From an uncultured Actinomycetota bacterium (GTDB lineage Bacteria > Actinomycetota > Actinomycetes > Propionibacteriales > Nocardioidaceae): a DNA stretch of 64,000 nucleotides. The stretch is taken from contig CAVOQH010000002.1 in assembly GCA_963698315.1 (NCBI GenBank), positions 837,711 to 901,710 on the forward strand. The letters run 5' to 3'. Positions 20,679 through 28,610 of the stretch are shown one piece after another (position 1 is the stretch's first letter; each line of letters begins with the position of its first letter). The translations under genes were made by a program, and so were the position numbers. The notes below the pieces were generated by a model, which saw nothing but the letters and a program-made list of their open reading frames with translations, was not told the DNA's origin and searched no databases.

Positions 20679-21755
20679 GTGGCACTCACCATCGGAATCG
20701 TCGGCCTCCCCAACGCGGGGAAGTCCACCCTCTTCAACGCCCTGACCAAGAACGACGTGCTCGCGGCGAACTACCCGTTCGCGACGATCGAGCCCAACGT
20801 CGGCGTGGTGGGCGTGCCCGAGCCCCGGCTCGACGAGCTCGCCAAGATCTTCGGCTCGGCCAAGATCCTGCCCGCGACCGTGGAGTTCGTGGACATCGCC
20901 GGCATCGTCAAGGGCGCCTCCGAGGGCGAGGGCCTGGGCAACAAGTTCCTGTCCCACATCCGCGAGTCGGCCGCGATCTGCCAGGTCACCCGCGTCTTCC
21001 GCGACGAGGACGTCACGCACGTCGACGGCGAGGTCAACCCCGCCAACGACATCTCCACCATCCAGACCGAGATGATCCTGGCCGACCTGCAGACGGTCGA
21101 CAAGGCGATCCCGCGGCTGGAGAAGGAGTCGCGGATGAAGAAGGAGAACGTCCCGGTGCTGGAGGCCGCCAAGGAGGCCAAGGAGGCGCTGGAGTCGGGT
21201 ACGCCGATCATCGCGACCAAGATCGACCACGCGCTGATCCGCGAGCTGAGCCTGCTCACCGCGAAGCCCTACATCTACGTCTTCAACTGCGACTCCGACG
21301 AGCTCGGCGACGAGGACCTCAAGCAGAAGATGCGCGACCTGGTCGCGCCGAGCGAGGCGATCTTCCTCGACGCGAAGTTCGAGTCCGAGCTGGTCGAGCT
21401 CGGCGACGACGACGAGGCCCGGGCGATGCTGGAGGAGATGGGCATCGACGAGCCGGGTCTCGACGTACTGGCCCGGGTCGGCTTCGACACCCTCGGCCTG
21501 CAGACCTACCTCACCGCCGGGCCCAAGGAGGCCCGCGCCTGGACGATCCCCAAGGGCGCCACCGCCCCCGAGGCCGCCGGCGTGATCCACACCGACTTCC
21601 AGCGCGGCTTCATCAAGGCCGAGATCGTCTCCTTCGACGACCTCGTCGCCGCCGGCTCGATGGCCGCTGCCAAGGCCGCCGGCAAGGTCCGCATGGAGGG
21701 CAAGGACTACGTCATGGCCGACGGCGACGTGGTGGAGTTCCGCTTCAACGTTTGA
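20679..21755 (+). CDS. ychF: Redox-regulated ATPase YchF
   Basis: GLPNAGKSTLFNA, ANYPFATIEPN, DIAG, IHTDF, YVMADGDVVEFRFNV. Confidence 0.97.
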   Translation: MALTIGIVGLPNAGKSTLFNALTKNDVLAANYPFATIEPNVGVVGVPEPRLDELAKIFGSAKILPATVEFVDIAGIVKGASEGEGLGNKFLSHIRESAAICQVTRVFRDEDVTHVDGEVNPANDISTIQTEMILADLQTVDKAIPRLEKESRMKKENVPVLEAAKEAKEALESGTPIIATKIDHALIRELSLLTAKPYIYVFNCDSDELGDEDLKQKMRDLVAPSEAIFLDAKFESELVELGDDDEARAMLEEMGIDEPGLDVLARVGFDTLGLQTYLTAGPKEARAWTIPKGATAPEAAGVIHTDFQRGFIKAEIVSFDDLVAAGSMAAAKAAGKVRMEGKDYVMADGDVVEFRFNV

Positions 21756-21816
21756 TTCGGCCCCATTTCCCCAGGTCACGGCGCCGCCGCCCCCTCGTGG
21801 GGCACTGACGGGGCAC
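21735..21816 (+). mobile_element. Putative att-site remnant at the ychF 3' end
   Basis: Directly after the stop: CCCCAGGTCA motif and GGGGCAC direct repeats (21799-21805, 21810-21816, 11-bp period), then atypical-codon genes; no integrase seen in the window. Confidence 0.4.
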
Positions 21817-22009
21817 ACGCGGACCAGGCATTGTCGATGGCCCTGCGTGTCCGGTCCTCCGAGTCGGGCATGAGGTGGCCGTAGGTCGAGAGCACCAGCG
21901 AGGCGTTCCGTGGAGTGGAACACGACAAGACCAGCACGTGCTCGCGGTTTGTTGCTCACCGAAGACCGGCCCGTCGGACGCTGCACTCCGCCTGCCAGGC
22001 GCCAGCCGA

Positions 22010-22588
22010 TCAGACCACTGAGCGTTGCGGGGTCCGGCCTGCGCCTGGGCGCAGGTCGATCGTCACCGGGAAGAGTGGGTCACCGACCGCTTCGCGGAGG
22101 TGCGCCACCACCTCGTCCTCGAGCCGGGCGCGCACCGCGCCGACGTCGGCGGAGTCCGCCAGCCCCACGCGCAGGAGCACTCGCTGCCCGCGGTGCTCAC
22201 GCAGGTTCGCCGACGCACGGGTCACGCCGGTGATGCCGAGCGCCTCGTCCTCCACCGCATGGGTGAGCGCGCTTGCGTGGACTGTCGTGTAACCGTCCCG
22301 CACGTTGGTGGTCCGGTCCAGCCTGCTCGTCCGATCGGTCTTCAGCTGGGCCAGCAGCCACAGGAGCGCCAGCACCGCTATCAGGAGGAGTACGCCGGCG
22401 ACGGCCCACCAGAACCAAGGACTCTCGTCAGGAAACGTGCTCACCTGCTGCGGCAGCACCGGATAGGTCGCCCGCCATGCCCCGAAGGCCCCGGCGCTGA
22501 GGGCGAGACCGAGACCTCCGGCGGCGATCAGGAGGAGGCCGAGCACGGTCAGCACGACCCGGTTGACGACGTTCGCACGACTGCTCAT
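22010..22588 (-). CDS. amaP: Alkaline shock response membrane anchor AmaP-like
   Basis: VNRVVLTVLGLLL, two TMs, Asp23-like C-terminal domain; last gene of the asp23 operon. Confidence 0.72.
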   Translation of the reverse strand: MSSRANVVNRVVLTVLGLLLIAAGGLGLALSAGAFGAWRATYPVLPQQVSTFPDESPWFWWAVAGVLLLIAVLALLWLLAQLKTDRTSRLDRTTNVRDGYTTVHASALTHAVEDEALGITGVTRASANLREHRGQRVLLRVGLADSADVGAVRARLEDEVVAHLREAVGDPLFPVTIDLRPGAGRTPQRSVV

Positions 22589-23124
22589 CGCGTGTCCTCG
22601 GTGGTGAGATCGACCCGGGTGCGCATGCGTCGCTGCAGGCCGAGCGAATCCAGGTGTCCTCGCACGGCGGCCTCGACCTCCTCGCGGATCCCGGGCTCGG
22701 AGCGGCCCACGGTCCGCGCATCGACACGTGCGGTGCGTCTGCCCACGGATGCGCCCGCTCCGACGATGCCGGTGGTGCGAGCGGCGGCGGCCGCGAGGGA
22801 CTTCTCCACGCTGCGCCGCGACGCGGTGACGTCCACGGCGTCGGAACGACTCCTGAGAGCCAGCGACGCCGGCTTGCCCCGACGAAAGGCGAGGAACAGG
22901 AGCAGCAGCCCGAGCACGACGAGCCCACCCAGCGCCGCGTTGACGATCCAGTCGTTCCAGCTGTGGGTGCGCAGCCAGGCGGTCCAGTCCGGGTAGGGGA
23001 CCAGCACAGGGGCGCGACCCAGCGCAGCGGCCGCGATCTCCACGACGGCCAGCAGCGAGCCGAGAAGGAGGGCCAAGGCCAGCAGTGCGGAGACGATGCG
23101 AGTCACCCAGTTCGTGGCCGTCAT
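22585..23124 (-). CDS. DUF6286-like membrane protein
   Basis: Two TMs, GLLLLFLAFRRGKP, soluble C-terminal domain; ATGA overlaps on both sides. Confidence 0.7.
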   Translation of the reverse strand: MTATNWVTRIVSALLALALLLGSLLAVVEIAAAALGRAPVLVPYPDWTAWLRTHSWNDWIVNAALGGLVVLGLLLLFLAFRRGKPASLALRSRSDAVDVTASRRSVEKSLAAAAARTTGIVGAGASVGRRTARVDARTVGRSEPGIREEVEAAVRGHLDSLGLQRRMRTRVDLTTEDTR

Positions 23125-23558
23125 GTCACCCTCGGCTCTGCCGAGTCCGGCAGCGTCATCGAGACCACCTCCACGTCGACATGGTCCACACGCACCCCGG
23201 TGATGGCCGTGACCTCCGACCGGATGCGCTCTCGGACCTCGTCCGCAACCATCTGGACCGACCTGGGCCAGCGCACGGTGACAGCGACCTGCACGGTGGC
23301 GACGTCATCCTGCACCTGCGCCTGGACACTCGCGGCGTCATCGGGCCTCGCCCCGCCGATGCTCACGCCGAGCACGCGGCGCGGCGCGGCGGCAGCGTCC
23401 GTCACGAACGTGACGGCATGCCCGGCGACCTTCTCGACGACCCGGTCGTCCACCGTCAACCGCCCGCGCTGCTCCGGCGGGACATGCGCGGGGGACGCGG
23501 TGAGAACGGCGGTGTCCGTGTCCGGCAGCACGGACTCGTCGGAGCTGGTGGAGGTCAT
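23121..23558 (-). CDS. Asp23/Gls24-family protein
   Basis: RGRLTVDDRVVEKVA ... ITGVRVDHVDVEV. Confidence 0.82.
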   Translation of the reverse strand: MTSTSSDESVLPDTDTAVLTASPAHVPPEQRGRLTVDDRVVEKVAGHAVTFVTDAAAAPRRVLGVSIGGARPDDAASVQAQVQDDVATVQVAVTVRWPRSVQMVADEVRERIRSEVTAITGVRVDHVDVEVVSMTLPDSAEPRVT

Positions 23559-23740
23559 CGCGACGAGCGGCTGGATCCGCCGAAGTACTCGTTGAGGTCG
23601 ACGTCTCCGGCGACCACCTTGCCGACGACGAAGCCGATGATGCCCAGAGCGGCCGTGATGACGAGGCCCTCGAACCCGCCCGTCGCCCAGGCGAGCCCCA
23701 GGAGAAGCCCGCAGAAGAGTCCGATCACAGTGGGATGCAT
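23555..23740 (-). CDS. Small integral membrane protein (DUF2273-like)
   Basis: 61 aa, two TMs, GGAGG SD, typical of asp23 operons. Confidence 0.75.
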   Translation of the reverse strand: MHPTVIGLFCGLLLGLAWATGGFEGLVITAALGIIGFVVGKVVAGDVDLNEYFGGSSRSSR

Positions 23741-23788
23741 GACAACCTCCAGTTGGAAACGGGCTGAGACGGACTCCCGCCCGGTGGG

Positions 23789-24055
23789 TCAGATGACGCG
23801 TTGCGGCCGCCGCGAGGTACGTCGGAACAGGGGGATCGACGACACCGCGCCCTGCCACCAGCCACGCCGACGGACGAAGCTCACCTCGGGACAGCTCGCG
23901 CTCGAGGCTCGCTCCCCGTCGAGGTGATGGAGAAGCCGGATGAACTCGGCAGCGTCCCCGCCTCGGTCGGGGTGGTGGGCACGGATCAGCGCCCGCCGAC
24001 GGCGACGTTGCTCCTCCGTGTCGTTGCGCGCGGGCGTCCGCGTCACGGTCTTCAC
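23789..24055 (-). CDS. Small protein with J-domain-like HPD hairpin
   Basis: RRRRRALIRAHHPDRGGDAAEFIRLL; GTGA coupling with the upstream gene. Confidence 0.65.
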   Translation of the reverse strand: MKTVTRTPARNDTEEQRRRRRALIRAHHPDRGGDAAEFIRLLHHLDGERASSASCPEVSFVRRRGWWQGAVSSIPLFRRTSRRPQRVI

Positions 24056-24366
24056 GAGGGCTCCACGGCGGTCTGGACGTCGGCCACGTGCACGTCCACC
24101 CGCCGACCCCCGACGTGCGGCGCCAACGCGGTGCGCACCTGCACCCCCAGCGCCTGCACGGAGGAGCCGGAGGCGAGCACGACCGACACGAGGACGCGGC
24201 GGTCCTCGGCCCGGACACCGACCACCCGGCGTCCAGGAAGGTAGGTGGCCACCGCCCGGCTCCCGCCCTCGTGCAGTCCGGCCACCGCCGGACACGCCAA
24301 CGTCGCCGCCGCGATCGCGTCGACATCGAACGTGTCCTGGGCTGGCACGCTGCCGGAGCCGGTCAC
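24052..24366 (-). CDS. Short Asp23-like protein
   Basis: DAIAAATLACPAVAGLH, ATYLPGRRVVGV, VDVHVADV. Confidence 0.75.
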   Translation of the reverse strand: MTGSGSVPAQDTFDVDAIAAATLACPAVAGLHEGGSRAVATYLPGRRVVGVRAEDRRVLVSVVLASGSSVQALGVQVRTALAPHVGGRRVDVHVADVQTAVEPS

Positions 24367-24836
24367 TGGACCCGAGGTTCCTGGACTTCTTCCGGGGTGT
24401 CGCTGGGCAGGTGGATGTCATTGACGGAGACATTCACCTCCGTCACCTCCAGGCCGGTCATTCCCTCGACCGCGGAGATCACGTTGCGCCGGACGGCGCG
24501 GCTGAGCTCGACGATGGAGACGCCGTACTCGGCCACCAGGTCGAGGTCGATCGCGGTCTGCCGCTCTCCGACTTCCACCGCGACCCCTTGACCGGCCGAC
24601 TGGGAGGAGCCCGGGATGCGCTCGCGGATGGCGCCGATCGTCCTGGCCGCGCCGCCGCCGAGGGCATAGACCCCGGAGACTTCTCCGGCCGACACGCCGG
24701 CGATCTTCTGGACGACGCCGTCGGCGATGGTGGTGTTGCCCCGGGAGGTCTGCAGCTCGGATGTTCCGCTGGAACCTCGGGTGTCGAGCTGGTCTGACGA
24801 CTTGTCGGAGCTGATTGAGCTCGAGGGATTGCTCAT
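24363..24836 (-). CDS. Asp23/Gls24 envelope stress protein
   Basis: GNTTIADGVVQKIAG, GVAVEVGERQTAIDL, MTGLEVTEVNVSVNDI; GAGGAG SD. Confidence 0.9.
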   Translation of the reverse strand: MSNPSSSISSDKSSDQLDTRGSSGTSELQTSRGNTTIADGVVQKIAGVSAGEVSGVYALGGGAARTIGAIRERIPGSSQSAGQGVAVEVGERQTAIDLDLVAEYGVSIVELSRAVRRNVISAVEGMTGLEVTEVNVSVNDIHLPSDTPEEVQEPRVQ

Positions 24837-24891
24837 GTGTTCTCCTCGGTAGGGCTCGAAGCGCAACCGATGCGCCGCGCTCTCGTGTGAC

Positions 24892-24916
24892 GTACCCAAT
24901 AGCAGACGGACGATGC
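24892..24916 (-). promoter_or_regulatory. Putative SigB/SigF-type promoter of the asp23 operon
   Basis: GCAT-N15-GGGTAC on the minus strand, about 55 nt before the ATG. Confidence 0.45.
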
Positions 24917-25343
24917 CCTCGCGGTGCTGCTCCCGCCGTCCGGCGACGCGCGTCGTACCGGGGGAGCTGCTGATCGCAGCGCTCCTGGGTCTCGTCGCCT
25001 GATGCCGGCCGTGATCGGGTACGACGAGCGACATCAGGGCTCTCGACTCCCGCGGTCCGCGCCGCCTCGTCCGCCGGTGGGCAGATCCTGCGCGCCGCGA
25101 CCGGGATGATCGCCGCCCGGCCGGCTGCAAAGCCGTTGCACCCGCGGGGCTCCGTGGTCGCGGGCACTTTGCACCGGTTCGGGGCCGCTCCGAGCAGCGC
25201 TCCCCGCGTCGTCACGCCCAACCCTTGGAGTAACCCACCTGCGCAGTGGGCACGAGAAAGGTGGTCCGGAACTCGACGACACCGAGATCGACTTTCGGGT
25301 CAGAGCGGGCGCCGGCAGTGGCCATCGAGGGAGGGAGCAGCAG

Positions 25344-25601
25344 ATGATCGAGATCAAGAGCGGGTTGAAGGGCGTCACGGACAGAGAGAAGTGGGCCGCA
25401 CGCGGTGCCTCGTTCGTGGCGAAGGTCAAGGCCACCAAGGTGGTGTGGTTCCCGCCCGAGCCCGCGGAGACCGGCAAGAAGGCGGCCTCGACGGCCAAGA
25501 AGACGACCAAGAGGGCGACCAAGAAGTCGACCGGCGCCGCCAAGAAGTCGACCGGCGCCGCCAAGAGGACGACCAGTCCGGTACGCCGGAAGAAGACCTG
25601 A
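25344..25601 (+). CDS. Small Lys/Ala/Thr-rich (histone H1-like tail) protein
   Basis: GAGGGAG SD; KKAASTAKKTTKRATKKSTGAAKKSTGAAK. Confidence 0.7.
   Translation: MIEIKSGLKGVTDREKWAARGASFVAKVKATKVVWFPPEPAETGKKAASTAKKTTKRATKKSTGAAKKSTGAAKRTTSPVRRKKT
25519..25565 (+). repeat. 21-bp coding tandem repeat
   Basis: CCAAGAAGTCGACCGGCGCCG twice plus a partial third copy (KKSTGAA). Confidence 0.85.
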
Positions 25602-25896
25602 GGCGTCCGGCGGAAACGGCCGCCATCACGCTGCTCCGGAGCAGCCTGACGGGCCTTCGGGAGCGGCAGGGTCACCGGAGGAAGCGGGCGGGGACTAGAC
25701 CGGCTCCTGCTCGCGTGCTCCTCGGCACGTCTGGTCGCCTGGTGAGTCCCGAATCGAACGCCGGACAGACGCATCCTCGCAGGTGAGGGCCACGCAGCCG
25801 TTCCGTGCAGCTGAAGCACGCGGCCAGCACGGACGGACCTGCTGCAGGGCTCTACTCGACGCTCACCTAGTTTTCGAGGTCGCCGTCCGCTCCAGC

Positions 25897-25968
25897 GCTT
25901 GCTCCCGGCAGCCCCGGGTACTGGACCATGTGCCGAAACTTAGGATCTCATCTCACCCCGCCGGGTAG
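25897..25968 (+). promoter_or_regulatory. Tandem putative SigB/SigF-type promoters of gvpA
   Basis: GCTT-N15-GGGTAC (25897-25921) and GGAT-N16-GGGTAG (25943-25968); the latter ends 6 nt before the ATG. Confidence 0.5.
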
Positions 25969-25974
25969 CTCGTC

Positions 25975-26358
25975 ATGACGGGCGGGTACCTTGAGCGACC
26001 GGCACCCAGCGGACTGGCGGACGTCGTCGAGGTCATCCTCGACAAGGGCATCGTCATCGACGCCTACGTCCGCGTGTCCCTGGTCGGCATCGAGCTGCTG
26101 ACCATCGACGCACGCATCGTCGTCGCCAGTGTCGACACCTACCTCCGCTTCGCGGAGGCGACCAACCGGCTCGACTTGTACGAGAAGGGCGGAAAGACGC
26201 TGCCCGAGCTCGTCGAGGAAGGGGGCGGTGCCGTCATCGAGAAGGTCGCTAGTGACGTCGTCGAGGCCAAGGTGGACGACGTCATCGAGAAGACGTCTGA
26301 CAAGGTGGAGAACATAGCCGGGAAGGCAGCTGATCTGCTCACCCCGGACCGTGACTGA
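25975..26358 (+). CDS. gvpA: Gas vesicle structural protein GvpA with acidic C-terminal extension
   Basis: [51 protein letters not shown] signature. Confidence 0.92.
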   Translation: MTGGYLERPAPSGLADVVEVILDKGIVIDAYVRVSLVGIELLTIDARIVVASVDTYLRFAEATNRLDLYEKGGKTLPELVEEGGGAVIEKVASDVVEAKVDDVIEKTSDKVENIAGKAADLLTPDRD

Positions 26359-26413
26359 CGGATCGCCCCAAGGGCACGGCCGCGCAGGACTCACCCGAAC
26401 ACCGAGCAGTTGG

Positions 26414-27214
26414 TCAGCCGAACCACTTCGCGTAGATCTCGTCGTAGCCGCCGTCGGCCCGCAGGGAGGCGAGCACGTCGTTGACCACCCGGAGCAGGTC
26501 GTCGTTGCCGTTGCGGGCCACCGCCATGCCGTACTGCTCACCGGTGTCGAACTCCGCGACCACCTGCAGGTCAGGGTTGGCCTCGATCACGTCGCCCACG
26601 ACGGTGTTGTCGTAGACGGCCGCGACCACGTCGCCGACGCGCATCCCGGCGTCCAGGCCGGCCGCGTCCTGGAACGGAACGGTCAGCGCGCCCTCCGGGG
26701 CGTTGTCGGTGACGTAGAGCTCGCCGGTGGTGCCGCCCTGGACCCCGATCCGCTGGCCCGCGAGGTCGTCCAGGGTCTTGACGGTCGAGTCGCGCGGGAC
26801 GACCAGGGCCTGCGAGGCGTTGAAGTAGGGGCTGGAGAAGTCGAGCACCCGGGCCCGCTCCCCGGTGATGGTCATCGCGGAGATCGCCATGTCGCAGGTA
26901 CCTTGGTTGAGCGAGGCGCCGGAGGCGATGTCGTCGAAGGCGGTGTCGACCATGTCCAGCTCGAGGCCGAGCCGCTCGGCGACGGCGTCGACGAGGTCCA
27001 CGTCGAACCCGGCCGGCTGCCCCTTCCGCGTGAACTCGAAGGGCTCGTACGGCATGTCGGTGCACACCTGCAGCACGCCGGGCTCGAGGGGCTGCGGCCG
27101 CGGCGTGGTCACCGTGTCCGCACCGGCGTCGCCCCCGCAGCCGGCGGCGGTGGTCAGGAGCAGCGTGGCCGCCACGAGGCGGAGGCGGGTCGAGAGCGGC
27201 ATGTCAGTTCGCAT
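26414..27214 (-). CDS. Polar amino acid solute-binding lipoprotein (family 3)
   Basis: Lipobox AAGC; PYEPFEF, GFDVDL, ISAMTITGER, DFSSPY, GGYDEIYAKWFG. Confidence 0.9.
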   Translation of the reverse strand: MRTDMPLSTRLRLVAATLLLTTAAGCGGDAGADTVTTPRPQPLEPGVLQVCTDMPYEPFEFTRKGQPAGFDVDLVDAVAERLGLELDMVDTAFDDIASGASLNQGTCDMAISAMTITGERARVLDFSSPYFNASQALVVPRDSTVKTLDDLAGQRIGVQGGTTGELYVTDNAPEGALTVPFQDAAGLDAGMRVGDVVAAVYDNTVVGDVIEANPDLQVVAEFDTGEQYGMAVARNGNDDLLRVVNDVLASLRADGGYDEIYAKWFG

Positions 27215-27800
27215 TCACTGTGAGCGACTCGGTCAGCCGCTGGAGGGCGTACTCGGCGACCCGGATGAGCGCCTGCTTCGACGACTCGCGGTCGCGGGCG
27301 TCGACGTCGATGATCGGGACGCCCGCCGGCAGCGCGAGCGCCTGGGCGATCTCGTGCAGCGAGTGGCGGGGCGCCCCGTCGAACCGGTTCACCCCGACGA
27401 TGAAGGGCAGGCCCTTGGACTCGAAGTAGTCCAGCGGCGAGAACGACTCGTCCAGCCGCGCGGTGTCGACCAGCACGATCGCCCCGATCGCGCCCAGGCA
27501 CAGGTCGTCCCACATGAACCAGAAGCGGCGCTGCCCCGGCGTACCGAACAGGTAGAGGACCAGGTCCTCGGCGAGGGTGAGCCGGCCGAAGTCCATCGCC
27601 ACCGTGGTGGTGGCCTTGGACGGCACGGCGGCGAGGTCGTCGACGCCCTCGGACTCGTTGGTGACCAGGGCCTCGGTGCGCAGCGGCACGATCTCGGACA
27701 CGGAGCCGACGAGGGTCGTCTTGCCGACACCGAAGCCGCCCGCGATGACGATCTTCGTCGACGCCGCCCTGCGCGTGGCGCTAGTAGGTGCGTAGTCCAC
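27204..27800 (-). CDS. Conservon small GTPase (CvnD-like)
   Basis: KIVIAGGFGVGKTT, TTTVAMDFG, FGTPGQRRFWFMW, NRFD. Confidence 0.92.
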   Translation of the reverse strand: MDYAPTSATRRAASTKIVIAGGFGVGKTTLVGSVSEIVPLRTEALVTNESEGVDDLAAVPSKATTTVAMDFGRLTLAEDLVLYLFGTPGQRRFWFMWDDLCLGAIGAIVLVDTARLDESFSPLDYFESKGLPFIVGVNRFDGAPRHSLHEIAQALALPAGVPIIDVDARDRESSKQALIRVAEYALQRLTESLTVNAN

Positions 27801-28158
27801 GGAGAGTCCTTTCGATCAGCTCGATGCGCTCGTCCTTCGAGGAGTCTGCGTTGATGGTGGCCAGGACCCGGACGAGGCCCTGCTCGACGAGGTCGCTGAG
27901 CAGCACGCGGACGACACCGATGGGCATCTTCACCAGCGCCGACACCTCCGCGACCGAGCGCTGGTCGCAGACCTCGAGCACGCGCAGCGCGGACGCGCCC
28001 AGCGGCACCGCCGCGTCACGGGGCAGCACCTTGAGCGTCGCCTCGAGCGGGAGGTCGACGCTGGCCGTGGTCCGGCCGGAGGTGATCGTGTAGGCGCGGA
28101 CCAGCCGTGCCGTCACGGCCGGCTCGTCCGGGGGGCCGGGTGGTGCCTTGGGTGCCAT
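27781..28158 (-). CDS. DUF742 protein (CvnC-like)
   Basis: LVRAYTITSGRT, SVAEVSA, PIGVVRVLLSDL. Confidence 0.9.
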   Translation of the reverse strand: MAPKAPPGPPDEPAVTARLVRAYTITSGRTTASVDLPLEATLKVLPRDAAVPLGASALRVLEVCDQRSVAEVSALVKMPIGVVRVLLSDLVEQGLVRVLATINADSSKDERIELIERTLRGLRTY

Positions 28159-28169
28159 CGATGCGTCCG

Positions 28170-28604
28170 TCAGTCCGCCACGGCGCGCAACCGGGCCTGG
28201 GCCTGGATCGTCCTGCCGACGCGGTCGACGAGCAGAGCCATCTCGTAACCGACCTGTCCGATGTCGGCGGACTCCTGGGTCAGGACGGCCAGGTTCGACC
28301 CGTTGCCGACGCTCATCAGCATCAGGTAGCCGTGCTCCATCTCGACGATCGTCTGCAGCACCGCCCCGCCGGCGAACAGGCGCGACGCACCGACGCCCAG
28401 GCTCGCGAGCCCCGAGGAGACGGCCGCGACCTGCTCTGCGCGGTCCGCGGGGATGCTGGCGCTGGCCGCCATCAGCAGGCCGTCGGCGGACAGCAGGATC
28501 GCGTGCGCGACGTCGGGCACCTCGTCGACCAGCCGGGTCACCAGCCAGTCCAGGCTGCGCTCGTCGTCGACGCCGCGGTCCGCCAGGTCGTGGATCTCGG
28601 TCAT
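28170..28604 (-). CDS. Roadblock/LC7 protein (CvnB-like)
   Basis: [31 protein letters not shown]. Confidence 0.92.
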   Translation of the reverse strand: MTEIHDLADRGVDDERSLDWLVTRLVDEVPDVAHAILLSADGLLMAASASIPADRAEQVAAVSSGLASLGVGASRLFAGGAVLQTIVEMEHGYLMLMSVGNGSNLAVLTQESADIGQVGYEMALLVDRVGRTIQAQARLRAVAD

Positions 28605-28610
28605 GTGAGG

